From Nitrospira sp. (GTDB lineage: Bacteria > Nitrospirota > Nitrospiria > Nitrospirales > Nitrospiraceae), in NCBI GenBank assembly GCA_020846195.1, contig JADLEJ010000046.1, forward strand, positions 6,115 through 70,114: a stretch of 64,000 nucleotides of DNA. Reading direction: 5' to 3'. Position 1 is the first letter of the stretch, and the number at the start of each line of letters is the position of its first letter. Below, piece after piece: positions 1 to 9,667 of this stretch. Made by a program: the position numbers and the translations under genes. The notes under the pieces were generated by a model. That model was not told the DNA's origin and ran no database searches. It saw nothing but the letters and a program-made list of their open reading frames with translations.

Positions 1-1898
1 CCGTGTTTATCGAGCGAGTCAGCCTTTATATAGAAATGCTCAAAGTAGCGAGTGAATAATTCTCTCGCCAGGGGGTCACTCGACTTTCCACTCAGGAGAC
101 TGACGGTGGTTTGCTCAGCACGACGGAGTGTACCGGGAGGAGAAGGCTTGGGAGGCACGAAGACGACGACTTTGCCACGCTGCGCGCGACCTTCGCGATT
201 ACAGCGCCCGGCGGCCTGGGCGAGTGAGTCCAACCCGGACAAGGCGCGGTAGACAACGGGGAAGTCTATGTCCACCCCGGCCTCGATCAGCTGAGTGCTG
301 ATGACACGCGTCGGGACGTTCTTCTTTAGTCGTTCCCGTATCGTTTCAATGACAAATGATCGATGCTCCCCGCACATCGCAGCCGACAAATGAATCGTTC
401 CCTCCGGCATGAGCCGGTGTAATTCGCGGCAGTTAGGCCTGGTATTGACGATGGCCAGGACTGAATCGTGCGTCGTTAGTTCAGCAGCGATTTCTTCCCA
501 TTCCCGCCGAGCATGAAAGTCTTTCGGCATGTCCACTGTCACTCGCTCCAAGTTTCGGTACAGTGCATCCGGGTCGGCCATGATTTCATGCACATCATTC
601 AGACCTCGGAACGTCCAGCCAAACCCTTCACGCGAATTCAAGGCAGGCTGAGTCGCAGTAGAGAGAACGAATGTGACGCCATAGTGCTGGGTTAAGAGAT
701 TCATGGTGTCTAAGATTGGCTGTAGAAACTCCTGGTTAAGTAGCTGTGCCTCATCCAAAACCACGACACTGTTTACAATATTGTGAAGCTTGCGACAGCT
801 GGAAGTCCGGGCCGCGAATAGCGACTCAAAAAATTGCACATTGGTCGTGACGATTATCGGCGCATCCCAATTTTCCGTTGCCAAGCGGCTCTTGGCGGTT
901 TCCTTCTCCGGATCGAGATTACTGTGATGCTCAACGACGTTTTCACCAAAAATGCCTCTGAAAATTCCTACCGTCTGCTCGATGATGCTGGTATACGGAA
1001 TGACATAAATGACCCGGCGTTTGCTGTGCTGGACTGCATGCATGAGAGCGAAGGTCAAGCTAGATAGAGTCTTGCCGCCGCCGGTTGGAACGGTAAGCGA
1101 GAAAATGCCAGGTAGGTCTGATGCACGTTCGCGGCACTGACGAAGAACTTTGGCTCTCACGCGGTTTACATGCGTCAGCATAACGTCGGCCGTCAGCTTA
1201 GCCATGTGCTTGTCCAGCTGACCGAGAAGCATTCCCAGGTCAGAAAACTCTCCACGGCCCTTCGCTTTCTCGCCATCCATAAATCGTTCTGTGTCGAGAA
1301 AGTCACCATCAACCAGACAGGAAAACAGCATCCGCAGCCATAGTGCGAGGCCCTCCTCCCCTCCCAATGGTTTACTGACCGGAGCCATCGACGGATGACG
1401 TACGTCCGTGGGAATGGTCACACTAGAGATAACTCGCAAATGCTGCTTATCCTCTAGCCGTTGCGACAGAGACGAGAGGGCATATTCATCCGAGTACCAG
1501 TCGGGCAAACCGGCGTGATGTCCGGCAATGAGGTAGGCCAGAACTCTTCCCTTCCCGCCGAGCTTCTCAATAGCATGGAGCGCTCCAGCGGAGGAGTGGT
1601 TTACCCGACCTTGCCCACCTTCAATGTGTGCTTCAGGGGCAAATCCACTTTCGCGAGCAATGTCGGTGTGGAAGGCAGATGAATACTTCCCCAAGTCGTG
1701 CCACAGCCCTGCGAGATGGCCCCAACCAGAAGCTCTAAAAACCGATGCAAACTCGCTCGCGAGACTGGCCACTGCGCGCAGGTGCTCTTCAAGATCGTGA
1801 ATGACAAACGACCCATCGTCGTCTCTGCGCACATGGGCAAGAATATTCTTGGATTGTTGAGGAGACGCACTCATGCCGGACGAAGATTGATTACTCAT
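1..1898 (-). CDS. cas3: Cas3 HD-nuclease/SF2-helicase (type I CRISPR-Cas). N-terminal ~632 aa; the 3' end lies beyond the left window edge
   Basis: My own minus-strand translation from ATG 1898 (alternative ATG 1874) stays open to position 3. It is absent from the ORF track because no stop lies in the window. HD motifs: LWHDLGKYSSAFH and IAGHHAGL. Helicase motifs: I TVPTGGGKT, II VVLDEAQ, III STATQP, VI QAAGRCNREG. Confidence 0.85.
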   Translation of the reverse strand, partial: MSNQSSSGMSASPQQSKNILAHVRRDDDGSFVIHDLEEHLRAVASLASEFASVFRASGWGHLAGLWHDLGKYSSAFHTDIARESGFAPEAHIEGGQGRVNHSSAGALHAIEKLGGKGRVLAYLIAGHHAGLPDWYSDEYALSSLSQRLEDKQHLRVISSVTIPTDVRHPSMAPVSKPLGGEEGLALWLRMLFSCLVDGDFLDTERFMDGEKAKGRGEFSDLGMLLGQLDKHMAKLTADVMLTHVNRVRAKVLRQCRERASDLPGIFSLTVPTGGGKTLSSLTFALMHAVQHSKRRVIYVIPYTSIIEQTVGIFRGIFGENVVEHHSNLDPEKETAKSRLATENWDAPIIVTTNVQFFESLFAARTSSCRKLHNIVNSVVVLDEAQLLNQEFLQPILDTMNLLTQHYGVTFVLSTATQPALNSREGFGWTFRGLNDVHEIMADPDALYRNLERVTVDMPKDFHARREWEEIAAELTTHDSVLAIVNTRPNCRELHRLMPEGTIHLSAAMCGEHRSFVIETIRERLKKNVPTRVISTQLIEAGVDIDFPVVYRALSGLDSLAQAAGRCNREGRAQRGKVVVFVPPKPSPPGTLRRAEQTTVSLLSGKSSDPLARELFTRYFEHFYIKADSLDKH

Positions 1899-2473
1899 GA
1901 ACACCCTTCAATCGGGCTAATCGCGGCAGCGGACTGAGATACACGATGGCATCTCTCATCGGACAATACCCTCTTTCCTCTACAGAAAACATCCCAACTT
2001 TTGGGGAACAGCCATTTGGCCTCAGGAAAATCCTGAGGCTCTACCTGGTAGAACTACGAGTCGTTGGATGTGCTGTGCGTTGGGTACTGAGTTGCGATGA
2101 TTCCCCTACCGCCTCTTCAGGCGGAAGCGAAAATAGAAGAAGGGAGCCGAGAAACAGGAATGGACTATTCACCTCTCGCACCGAAACAAGTGATCTCGAT
2201 GCGACAAAACTGTCCAGCCATCTATACACGTCACTGATCGTTCGCTCCGATGCTGTGTGGCTTCGTTCAATCATACAAACCCACACATCTAACCCTGGAA
2301 AAACTCCATGGCCTCATGGAATTTCTCCCTAACCTTCACTCCAGCACCAATATTTCATCATTCACCATTTGCATGACGCTCTATCGCCTAACACACTGTT
2401 TATATGCACTTGTATCCGCCCCATCAAATCCACTCAGATCTCGGCACAATCCCTGCTGATACCTCTCTCTATA

Positions 2474-3022
2474 ATGGTGGCGCATCATTCCATTCTCTTG
2501 ATCGACGACAGCCCCGGCGAGCGAGAATTGTTTCGCCTAGCACTAGCTCAAACCGGCCTCGACGTCGCCCTTTTTACTGAACAAGACGCAGAGTCGGCAC
2601 TTCACTTTATTGAAAATCGAATGCACTACTCCGCATACTCTCCCTGCGAGGCGGCTGGGGTGATCTCTACTGCGCGCGTCGAACGAGGGCCTTCTGAGGT
2701 TGCGCGTTCCGCGAGCACAGAGATCATGCCAGCTGCCTCGCTCCTCCCCTCCCTTATTCTTCTCGATTGGCGTCTTGGCAAGCAGCGAGGCGATGCATTT
2801 CTGAAGCGGCTGCGGGCCAATGCCCGTTTCGCGGCGATCCCTGTCGTCGTCTTCACCACTTCCGACGATGCGTCCGACCTCTCGCTCGCCTATGCCAGCG
2901 GCGCGAACGGCTATGTCGTCAAACCCGGCACACTCGCTGAACTCGTTCAATGTGCGGCCGATATCTGCCGATACTGGCTTAATAGGAACCGCGCGCCTCA
3001 TACGATCGGAACGCCATGCTGA
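2474..3022 (+). CDS. single-domain response regulator (CheY/Rcp1-like receiver) with an internal insertion
   Basis: ORF 2369..3022 trimmed to ATG 2474 (MVAHHSILLIDDSPGE). Receiver landmarks: IDDS, acceptor Asp in LILLDW, VVFTTS, YVVKP. No output domain. Confidence 0.8.
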   Translation: MVAHHSILLIDDSPGERELFRLALAQTGLDVALFTEQDAESALHFIENRMHYSAYSPCEAAGVISTARVERGPSEVARSASTEIMPAASLLPSLILLDWRLGKQRGDAFLKRLRANARFAAIPVVVFTTSDDASDLSLAYASGANGYVVKPGTLAELVQCAADICRYWLNRNRAPHTIGTPC

Positions 3023-6000
3023 CTCGCGCCGCACTGAAAAATCCCTACGCCGTCTTTGCCGTCTGCATGATCGCGCTCGTGCTGGGCGGGGTGTCGTACC
3101 AGAAGATGCGCGTGGACATCTTTCCCGAAATCAAGATTCCCTCGATCCTCGTCACCACCTTCTATCGCGGCATGAGCCCCAGCGAGATGGAAGGCGCGAT
3201 CACGCTCAAAATGGAGCAGCGCTTCGTCGAGGCGAGCTACGTCGAGCACATCGAATCGCAATCCCTCGCCGGGATGAGTTACATCAAAGTCTTCTTTCAA
3301 CCGGAATACAGCATCGACTCGGCGCAATCGGAACTCACGAGCCTGGCCTACAGCATCATCCGGCTGCTTCCCCCCGGCGTCTATCCGCCCTCGGTGTTTA
3401 AGTTCGGGGTGTCGAGCCTCCCGGTCGGCCTGCTCTCCATCAGCAGCGACACACTTGGCCCGAAAGAAATCCGCGACCTGGCCTACTTCACCGTGCGCCA
3501 GCAGATCGCCACGATCCCCGGCATTTCGTTCGGCCCGCCGCTGGGCGGCAAGGTCCGGCAGATTACCGTCTTCCTGGATCAATCGCGCATGCTGGCGCGC
3601 GGCATCTCTCCATCGGAGGTCGTCAAAGCGATCAATGCGCAGAGCGCGATCATCCCGGCCGGCGACATCAAGATCGGCGATCTCGACTACTACGTCTATT
3701 CCAACAGCCTCATCGACGCGGTGGATAAAATTAACGACATCCCCATCAAGGTCGTGAACGGCACACCGATCCTCGTGCGCGACATCGGCACGGCGGCGGA
3801 CAGCGCGGCGATCCAAACCTCCATCGTGCGGGTGAACGGCCGCGAGGCAACCTATATCCCCATCACCAGGCAGGAAGGCGCCAACACGCTCGAAGTGACA
3901 GACGGCATCCGCGCGAAGCTGCCGACACTGACGGAAATTCCCGCCGGGACAACGGTGAAGTTTCTCTACGATCAATCGCTCTACATCCGGCAGGCCATTG
4001 CCAACTTGCAGAAAGAAGGGCTGCTCGGCGCCGGCCTGGCCGGCCTGATGATCTTTTTGTTCCTCCGCAGCGTCAAGGCCGCGCTCGTCGTCGCGCTCGC
4101 GATTCCCCTCTCGCTCACCGCCGCGCTGGTCGCGCTCTATCTGACCGGCCAGTCGGTCAACATCATGACGCTCGGCGGACTGGCGCTGGTCATCGGCACG
4201 CTGCTGGACAATAACATCGTCGTGCAAGAGAACCTGCACCGCCACCTGGAAATGGGCAAGACCGGCCGCGCGGCGGCGGAAGACAGCGCGATCGAACTGA
4301 CGCTGCCCATTCTCGTCGCCACGATCTGCATCCTGATCGTCTACCTGCCGATCATGTTCTTCTCCGGCATCATCAAATATCTCTTCGTCCCGCTGGCCAT
4401 GACCGTCGCCTTCGCCATGCTGGCGGACTATGCCGTGTCGATGACCGTCACGCCGGTGATTCTCTCGCGCCTCTACCATCGGGGGCACGGGAACGGCTCG
4501 CAGGAGGAGGCCGACCGGAAAGACTGGTTCCGCTTCGTGCTGGCGGTCTACGAACCGCTGCTCCGCGCGGGCGTGCGCTTCAAAGCCGTGGTGATGATCC
4601 TCGCGCTGCTGGCGCTCGTCGGCACCGGCGCGCTGCTCATTCCGCGCCTCCACAGCGAGTTCTTTCCCAAAGTCGATGCCGGCAACTTCACCATGCTCGT
4701 CAGCGCGCCGGAGGGCTCGCGCATTGAACGAACGACGGCCATCGTCGCCGAGATCGAACAGCTGGTGCAGGAGACGATCCCCAAGCAGGACTTGGAAGAA
4801 ATCATCTCCAACACCGGCCTCTACTTCGGCGACGCCGCGCGCTTCGCGCCCAACACCGGCAACCACACCGCCTTTGTGCTGGTGAATCTCCTGAGCGGCC
4901 ATGAGGGCAAAACGGAAGATTACGTCAATACGATACGGGAAAAGCTGCGCGCCGCCTTGCCCGGCGTGGAGGTGTCGTTCCAAACTGGCGGCATCATCAG
5001 CGATGTGCTGAACTTCGGCCTGCGGGCGCCGATCGACATCCAGGTGAAAGGCCCGTCGCTCGATGTCATCCGCCCGGTCGCGGAAGCCATTCAGCAAAAA
5101 GTCGCCCAGGTGTCGAACACGGTGGATGTGCGCATCAAGCAGGGGAAGAGCTATCCGGAACTGCACATCGACGTGGACCGGACTAAAGCCGCCTACTATG
5201 GCATCACGCAAGACCGTGTGGTCGTGGACGTAATCACCGGGATCAGTTCGAATATCGCGCTGAGCCCCAACTACTGGCTCGATCCCAAAACCGCCAACGG
5301 CTACTACCTGCTCGCGCAATATCCTGAGCAGTCGCTCACGAAAACGGAAGATATCTTGAACATTCCGATCATCGGGGCGCGCACCCCGCTGAATCCCACC
5401 TCCTCCCTCACCACCGCCGGCAGCGGCGGATCGGTCGTCGCACTGCAAAATACGCCCTTCGCCGGGCGCAACCTGGATCTCTCGAACGGTTTCTATGCCA
5501 CGGACGAGCGGCGCGGCCCGCCCGTGCTGCTCCGCGATGTGGCGTCGCTGAATATCAAAACCGGGCCGGACTCCGTCGATCATTACGACCTCTCGCGCTT
5601 AATCAATGTGCTCGTCACGCCGGTCGGCAACGACCTGGGCCGCGTCGCCCAGGACATCGAGCGCGCGATTGCGACCGTGACGCTGCCGAAAGACGTGACG
5701 ATCCAGCTCAAGGGCGAAGTGGCCAACATGCGCTCTGCCATCAGCAATTTCGCGCTCGCGCTGCCGCTGGCGGTGCTGCTGATCTACCTGGTGATGGTCG
5801 GCCTCTTCCGTTCGTTCATCGACCCGCTAATTATTCTCGTCGCGGTGCCGCTCGGCTGGATCGGCACGGTGCTCATGCTGCACCTCACCGATACGTCGGT
5901 GAACGTGGAATCGATGATCGGCACGCTGATGATGATGGGGATCGTCGTCTCGAACAGCATTCTTCTCGTGGACTTCGCCAACCGAATGGCCGACAACGGC

Positions 6001-6279
6001 GCGTCGGCCGAACAGGCCGTGCTGGAAGCGGGCAGGCGCCGCATTCGGCCGATTCTCATGACGGCGCTGGCGACGATTCTCGGCCTGCTGCCCCTGGCTC
6101 TCGGCTTCGGCGAAGGCAACGAAACCATGGTGCCCCTGGCCCGCGCGGTGGTCGGAGGGCTCGCGGTCTCCACCATCATGACCCTGCTCGTCGTGCCCGT
6201 CATGCATGCGCTGGTGCTGGGACGGCGGACGCAGACCATTGAACCGCAGGCCGGACTCGATACAGCGGAGGAGAGGTAA
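3016..6279 (+). CDS. RND efflux permease (AcrB/CzcA superfamily)
   Basis: 1087 aa. The N-terminus MLTRAALKNPYAVFAVCMIALVLGGVSYQKMRVDIFPEI is typical of RND pumps, and there are two large loops with TM clusters. Its start overlaps the response-regulator stop (ATGCTGA). Confidence 0.9.
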   Translation: MLTRAALKNPYAVFAVCMIALVLGGVSYQKMRVDIFPEIKIPSILVTTFYRGMSPSEMEGAITLKMEQRFVEASYVEHIESQSLAGMSYIKVFFQPEYSIDSAQSELTSLAYSIIRLLPPGVYPPSVFKFGVSSLPVGLLSISSDTLGPKEIRDLAYFTVRQQIATIPGISFGPPLGGKVRQITVFLDQSRMLARGISPSEVVKAINAQSAIIPAGDIKIGDLDYYVYSNSLIDAVDKINDIPIKVVNGTPILVRDIGTAADSAAIQTSIVRVNGREATYIPITRQEGANTLEVTDGIRAKLPTLTEIPAGTTVKFLYDQSLYIRQAIANLQKEGLLGAGLAGLMIFLFLRSVKAALVVALAIPLSLTAALVALYLTGQSVNIMTLGGLALVIGTLLDNNIVVQENLHRHLEMGKTGRAAAEDSAIELTLPILVATICILIVYLPIMFFSGIIKYLFVPLAMTVAFAMLADYAVSMTVTPVILSRLYHRGHGNGSQEEADRKDWFRFVLAVYEPLLRAGVRFKAVVMILALLALVGTGALLIPRLHSEFFPKVDAGNFTMLVSAPEGSRIERTTAIVAEIEQLVQETIPKQDLEEIISNTGLYFGDAARFAPNTGNHTAFVLVNLLSGHEGKTEDYVNTIREKLRAALPGVEVSFQTGGIISDVLNFGLRAPIDIQVKGPSLDVIRPVAEAIQQKVAQVSNTVDVRIKQGKSYPELHIDVDRTKAAYYGITQDRVVVDVITGISSNIALSPNYWLDPKTANGYYLLAQYPEQSLTKTEDILNIPIIGARTPLNPTSSLTTAGSGGSVVALQNTPFAGRNLDLSNGFYATDERRGPPVLLRDVASLNIKTGPDSVDHYDLSRLINVLVTPVGNDLGRVAQDIERAIATVTLPKDVTIQLKGEVANMRSAISNFALALPLAVLLIYLVMVGLFRSFIDPLIILVAVPLGWIGTVLMLHLTDTSVNVESMIGTLMMMGIVVSNSILLVDFANRMADNGASAEQAVLEAGRRRIRPILMTALATILGLLPLALGFGEGNETMVPLARAVVGGLAVSTIMTLLVVPVMHALVLGRRTQTIEPQAGLDTAEER

Positions 6280-6282
6280 GAC

Positions 6283-7506
6283 ATGTTCAGATCGTTGACC
6301 GGTACGCTGCTCACTCTGCTCATCGCCGTCGCCGGCTGCCAGCAGGAATCTCCCTCACGTCCGGAACAACCGGCCGCCCAGGCGGCGAACGACAATGGGA
6401 AAACCGGCGAGGCCGGCGCCTCTATCGACATCGATCCAACCCACCCCGTCGATGTCCAGGTGACGAAACCAATCAGACAACGGCTGGTCTACACGATCAC
6501 GCTGCCCGCCAATATCTCGCCGCTCTATCAAACGACGCTCTACGCGAAAGTGTCCGGCTATCTGAAGTGGATCGGCCCGGACAAGGGCGACCGCGTGAAG
6601 AAGCATCAAGTCGTTGCGCTCATCGACGCCCCGGAAATCGAAGAGCAGTATCAGCAAGCTGCCGCCGATTACAAAATCAAGAAGATCACCTTCGAGCGGT
6701 TGGACAAAGTCCTGCGCGAATCGCCGGACGTGATCGCCAAGCAGGACGTCGATGTGGCCGAAGCGGCCTTCGACGGCGCCAAGAATCTCATGCAGCAGCG
6801 CGCCGCGATGCGCGAGTACACCAAGGTGCGCGCGCCCTATGACGGCGTCGTCACCGCCCGCTTTGCCGATCCCGGCGCGCTGATCCAGCTGGCGACCGCG
6901 TCCGCGACGAATGCCATTCCGCTCTTCACGGTCATGGATCTGGATACGGTGCGGGTCTATGCCAACGTGCCGCAGGACGAATCGGCTTGGATCGCGCCAG
7001 GCAAAACCAAGGCCGCCGTGCTCTTGAAGGAACAGCCGGACCGCTCCTTTACCGGCACGATTACCCGCTCCACACTTGCGCTCGACCCTTCCACGAGAAG
7101 CTTGCTGGTGGAACTCGATATGCCGAACCGCGACCATGCGCTCCGCCCCGGCACCTATGCGGAACTGGCGCTGGATTTGCGCGAGATTCCCGACGCCCTG
7201 GTCTTGCCCCCGCAAGCGGTGATCGGCGGGCAAAAAGGCAAATCCGTCTTCGTCATTTCGCAAGGCAAGGCCACGTCGGTCCCGGTGCAGACCGGCATCA
7301 CCAACGGCAAGTGGATAGAAATCACGAACGGGCTGGATGGCACGGAAGACGTGGCGGTGGTCGGGAAGCGGCGGCTGCTGGAAGGTTCGCCCGTGCAGGC
7401 CTCTCCGTTCAAATTGCCCGAAAGCAAACCCGCGCAACAGAAATTCGAACGGCGTTCAGCGGGCCAGCCGCCCCTGCCGGCGGCCGATGGAGGAGGAAAA
7501 CCATGA
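6283..7506 (+). CDS. RND efflux periplasmic adaptor (membrane-fusion protein, HlyD family) lipoprotein
   Basis: Lipobox LIAVAGC. Barrel-sandwich/hairpin-type sequence (VSGYLKWI ... VRAPYDGVVTAR). Lies 3 nt after the permease. Confidence 0.85.
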   Translation: MFRSLTGTLLTLLIAVAGCQQESPSRPEQPAAQAANDNGKTGEAGASIDIDPTHPVDVQVTKPIRQRLVYTITLPANISPLYQTTLYAKVSGYLKWIGPDKGDRVKKHQVVALIDAPEIEEQYQQAAADYKIKKITFERLDKVLRESPDVIAKQDVDVAEAAFDGAKNLMQQRAAMREYTKVRAPYDGVVTARFADPGALIQLATASATNAIPLFTVMDLDTVRVYANVPQDESAWIAPGKTKAAVLLKEQPDRSFTGTITRSTLALDPSTRSLLVELDMPNRDHALRPGTYAELALDLREIPDALVLPPQAVIGGQKGKSVFVISQGKATSVPVQTGITNGKWIEITNGLDGTEDVAVVGKRRLLEGSPVQASPFKLPESKPAQQKFERRSAGQPPLPAADGGGKP

Positions 7507-8858
7507 TTGCGAACCGACCGGCCGCATGGCTGTTCACGCTGCTGATAACTCCCGCGCTGGCAACCGCCCAACCAGCCGGGACCGGCGACGCCGCCGCGAA
7601 AGGCCGCTTCCTCGGCTTGCAACAGGCGATTGAAGCCGGCCTCCAGAACCATCCGATCGTGCAGGAAGCCAATGCCGGGCTCGCCGCATCCACCGCCAGG
7701 ACGGACCAGGCCAAGTCGCTCTACTACCCGCAAGTGTTTGCCAACGCCGACGGCAGCGCCGGGTCTGGGCGCATCAATCCCCGCTTCCTCGTCGGCGGCG
7801 GCCTGCTCCAGCCTAATTTGAGCGCCTATACCGCCGGCGTGCTGGCCAGCCAGCGCATCTACGATTTCGGCTTCACGAAGAATCTGGTGGAGTCGTCCCA
7901 GTACGGCGAGCGGGCGCAAGAACAAGACGTCAACGCCCGGCGCGCGCTCGTGATCGTGTCGATTCAACGCAGCTATTTGAACAGCCTCAAACGCCAGACG
8001 CTTGTCCGCATCGCGGAGGAAACGGTGCGGGAGCGCGGGATCATCACCGGCCAGATCGATACGCTCTATCGCCAGCAGCTCAAATCCAAACTGGATCTGG
8101 ATCTGGTCAAGGTGGAGCTGGTGAATGCGGAGTCGCTGCTGGTTCGGAGCCGCAACGATCTCAAAGCCAGCTTCGCCGACCTCAACCGCACGATGGGCAT
8201 CGCCGGACCGGAAGATTACACATTGGAAGACGTCGCCACGGATGTGAAAGCTCCGCGCGCGCTCGGCGATTTGATCGCCGACAGTTTGACCCACCCGGAA
8301 TTGAAGCGGGCCAAGGAACAGACGGCGTCAGCCGAGGCGAAGAAACGGGCAATGAAAAGCCAGTACCTGCCGACGGTCTCCGCCATCGCCAGCGGCGGCT
8401 ACTACGATACCTTCGATCCCAACCGCAATGTGGCGACCGGCGGCTGGTGGACGGCGGGCGGCATGGTCTCCATGCCGCTCTTTACCGGCGGATTGATCGA
8501 AAACCAAGTGAAGGAAGCCGCCGCGCAGCAGGCCGTCGCCCAAGCGCAAAGCGCCAATATCGAACAGGCACTCACCCAGCAAGTCACGAACGCCTATCTC
8601 GACACCGTGACGTTCGCGCAGCAAATCAAGCTGGCGGAAGAGCTGGTCAAAACGGCCCAGGAGGCGTTGAGCCTGGCCAAGCAGCGGTACAAGCTCGGCC
8701 TCGGCACCATTGTGGAAGTCACGCAATCCGAGGTGGGACTCACGACGGCGCAAACGAAACTAGCCGAAGCGCAATACGATTATAAAATCGCCGAGGTGAC
8801 GCTGGCCTACGCGGCTGGAGGAAGCCCCCAGCTGCAACTCGATCCGACTATCCGATGA
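7503..8858 (+). CDS. TolC-family outer-membrane efflux protein
   Basis: ORF 6987..8858 trimmed to ATG 7503 (MIANRPAAWLFTLLITPALATAQ signal peptide), giving an ATGA overlap with the adaptor stop. Two coiled-coil/beta repeats typical of OEP proteins. Confidence 0.8.
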   Translation: MIANRPAAWLFTLLITPALATAQPAGTGDAAAKGRFLGLQQAIEAGLQNHPIVQEANAGLAASTARTDQAKSLYYPQVFANADGSAGSGRINPRFLVGGGLLQPNLSAYTAGVLASQRIYDFGFTKNLVESSQYGERAQEQDVNARRALVIVSIQRSYLNSLKRQTLVRIAEETVRERGIITGQIDTLYRQQLKSKLDLDLVKVELVNAESLLVRSRNDLKASFADLNRTMGIAGPEDYTLEDVATDVKAPRALGDLIADSLTHPELKRAKEQTASAEAKKRAMKSQYLPTVSAIASGGYYDTFDPNRNVATGGWWTAGGMVSMPLFTGGLIENQVKEAAAQQAVAQAQSANIEQALTQQVTNAYLDTVTFAQQIKLAEELVKTAQEALSLAKQRYKLGLGTIVEVTQSEVGLTTAQTKLAEAQYDYKIAEVTLAYAAGGSPQLQLDPTIR

Positions 8859-8890
8859 CAGGATGTTGCTGAAAAGAACTGGCGGCCCGA

Positions 8891-9646
8891 TCAGTTCTCC
8901 GGCTGGCTGCCAGAGGTCGCCGACGACACTTCCGAAGGCGGCGGCAGCTTCTTGAGGTCGACAACCACTTCATCCGCCCCGTTAGCCAAGACGCTGTCGA
9001 TCCAGCTGTTCTCCGTGCGCCGCATGGCTTCATGCGGCTGAAAAAACAAATCGAATCCCTTGGCCGCCGTGGGCCGCATCGGATAGCGCCGGTCGTAGAT
9101 CATGCCATACGTCGGAATGCCGTAGACAATCTGCCAGTTCCCCAGAATCAAATGCAGCTCCGTGCCCTTCATATATAAACCGCCCGATGTCACGAGCCGC
9201 TTGGTCGAGGCTTGCGGTTCGCTGAGGTAAAACGTCACCCGCTCGTTAGCCCCGGCTTGCGCCAGCGCCTCCGCCAGCTGCACCGAGAGCAGCGCAATCT
9301 CTCGATCCTGGAAGGCCGCTTGGTATGGCGCCTCCCCCATCAGCCACCGCTGCAGCCAGATCCGATGCTCTTGAATCACCAGTCCTTGCAGCAACTGGCG
9401 AAGGATCTCTGGCTCCAACACCGCCGGATGGCTGTGATGGCTCGGCGGCCACTCCGGCAGATAGTTGGGTTCTTCCTCAAGCCGCACATAGTTGACGGGA
9501 TCTTCGTAAATCGTCCGCGACGGCACTTGTGGAATGGCGCAGCCCGCGAGAAGGAGCAAGACTGCGAGCTGAGCGCTGAGCGCGAAGCAGCGGACAAACC
9601 CCGCCCCTCGGCGGCGCATGCACGTACGTTTCCACTTAGCACTCAT
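8891..9646 (-). CDS. hypothetical lipoprotein
   Basis: Signal plus lipobox LLLAGC. No family recognised. The start could be the internal Met at 9619. Confidence 0.5.
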   Translation of the reverse strand: MSAKWKRTCMRRRGAGFVRCFALSAQLAVLLLLAGCAIPQVPSRTIYEDPVNYVRLEEEPNYLPEWPPSHHSHPAVLEPEILRQLLQGLVIQEHRIWLQRWLMGEAPYQAAFQDREIALLSVQLAEALAQAGANERVTFYLSEPQASTKRLVTSGGLYMKGTELHLILGNWQIVYGIPTYGMIYDRRYPMRPTAAKGFDLFFQPHEAMRRTENSWIDSVLANGADEVVVDLKKLPPPSEVSSATSGSQPEN

Positions 9647-9667
9647 CGCTCAGCACTCAGCATGTCA

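Noticed and set aside
1899-2473. Possible CRISPR array or leader next to cas3
   Set aside because: I could find no direct repeats of 25-40 nt. There are only two isolated small hairpins.
2998-5583. 861-aa ORF on the minus strand, antisense to the RND permease
   Set aside because: Its composition is Arg/Gly/Asp/His-rich and low-complexity, as expected for the antisense frame of a GC-rich gene. The plus-strand frame gives a textbook RND pump. The same reasoning rejects 6355..7437(-), 7155..8294(-), 9212..10627(+), 11153..12472(+), 14784..16562(+), 34436..35374(+), 40571..41506(+), 53828..54598(+) and 58201..59124(-).
6987-7502. N-terminal extension of the TolC-like ORF (the track starts it at 6987)
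   Set aside because: The extension lies entirely inside the adaptor gene in another frame. The Met at 7503 gives a proper signal peptide and an ATGA coupling.
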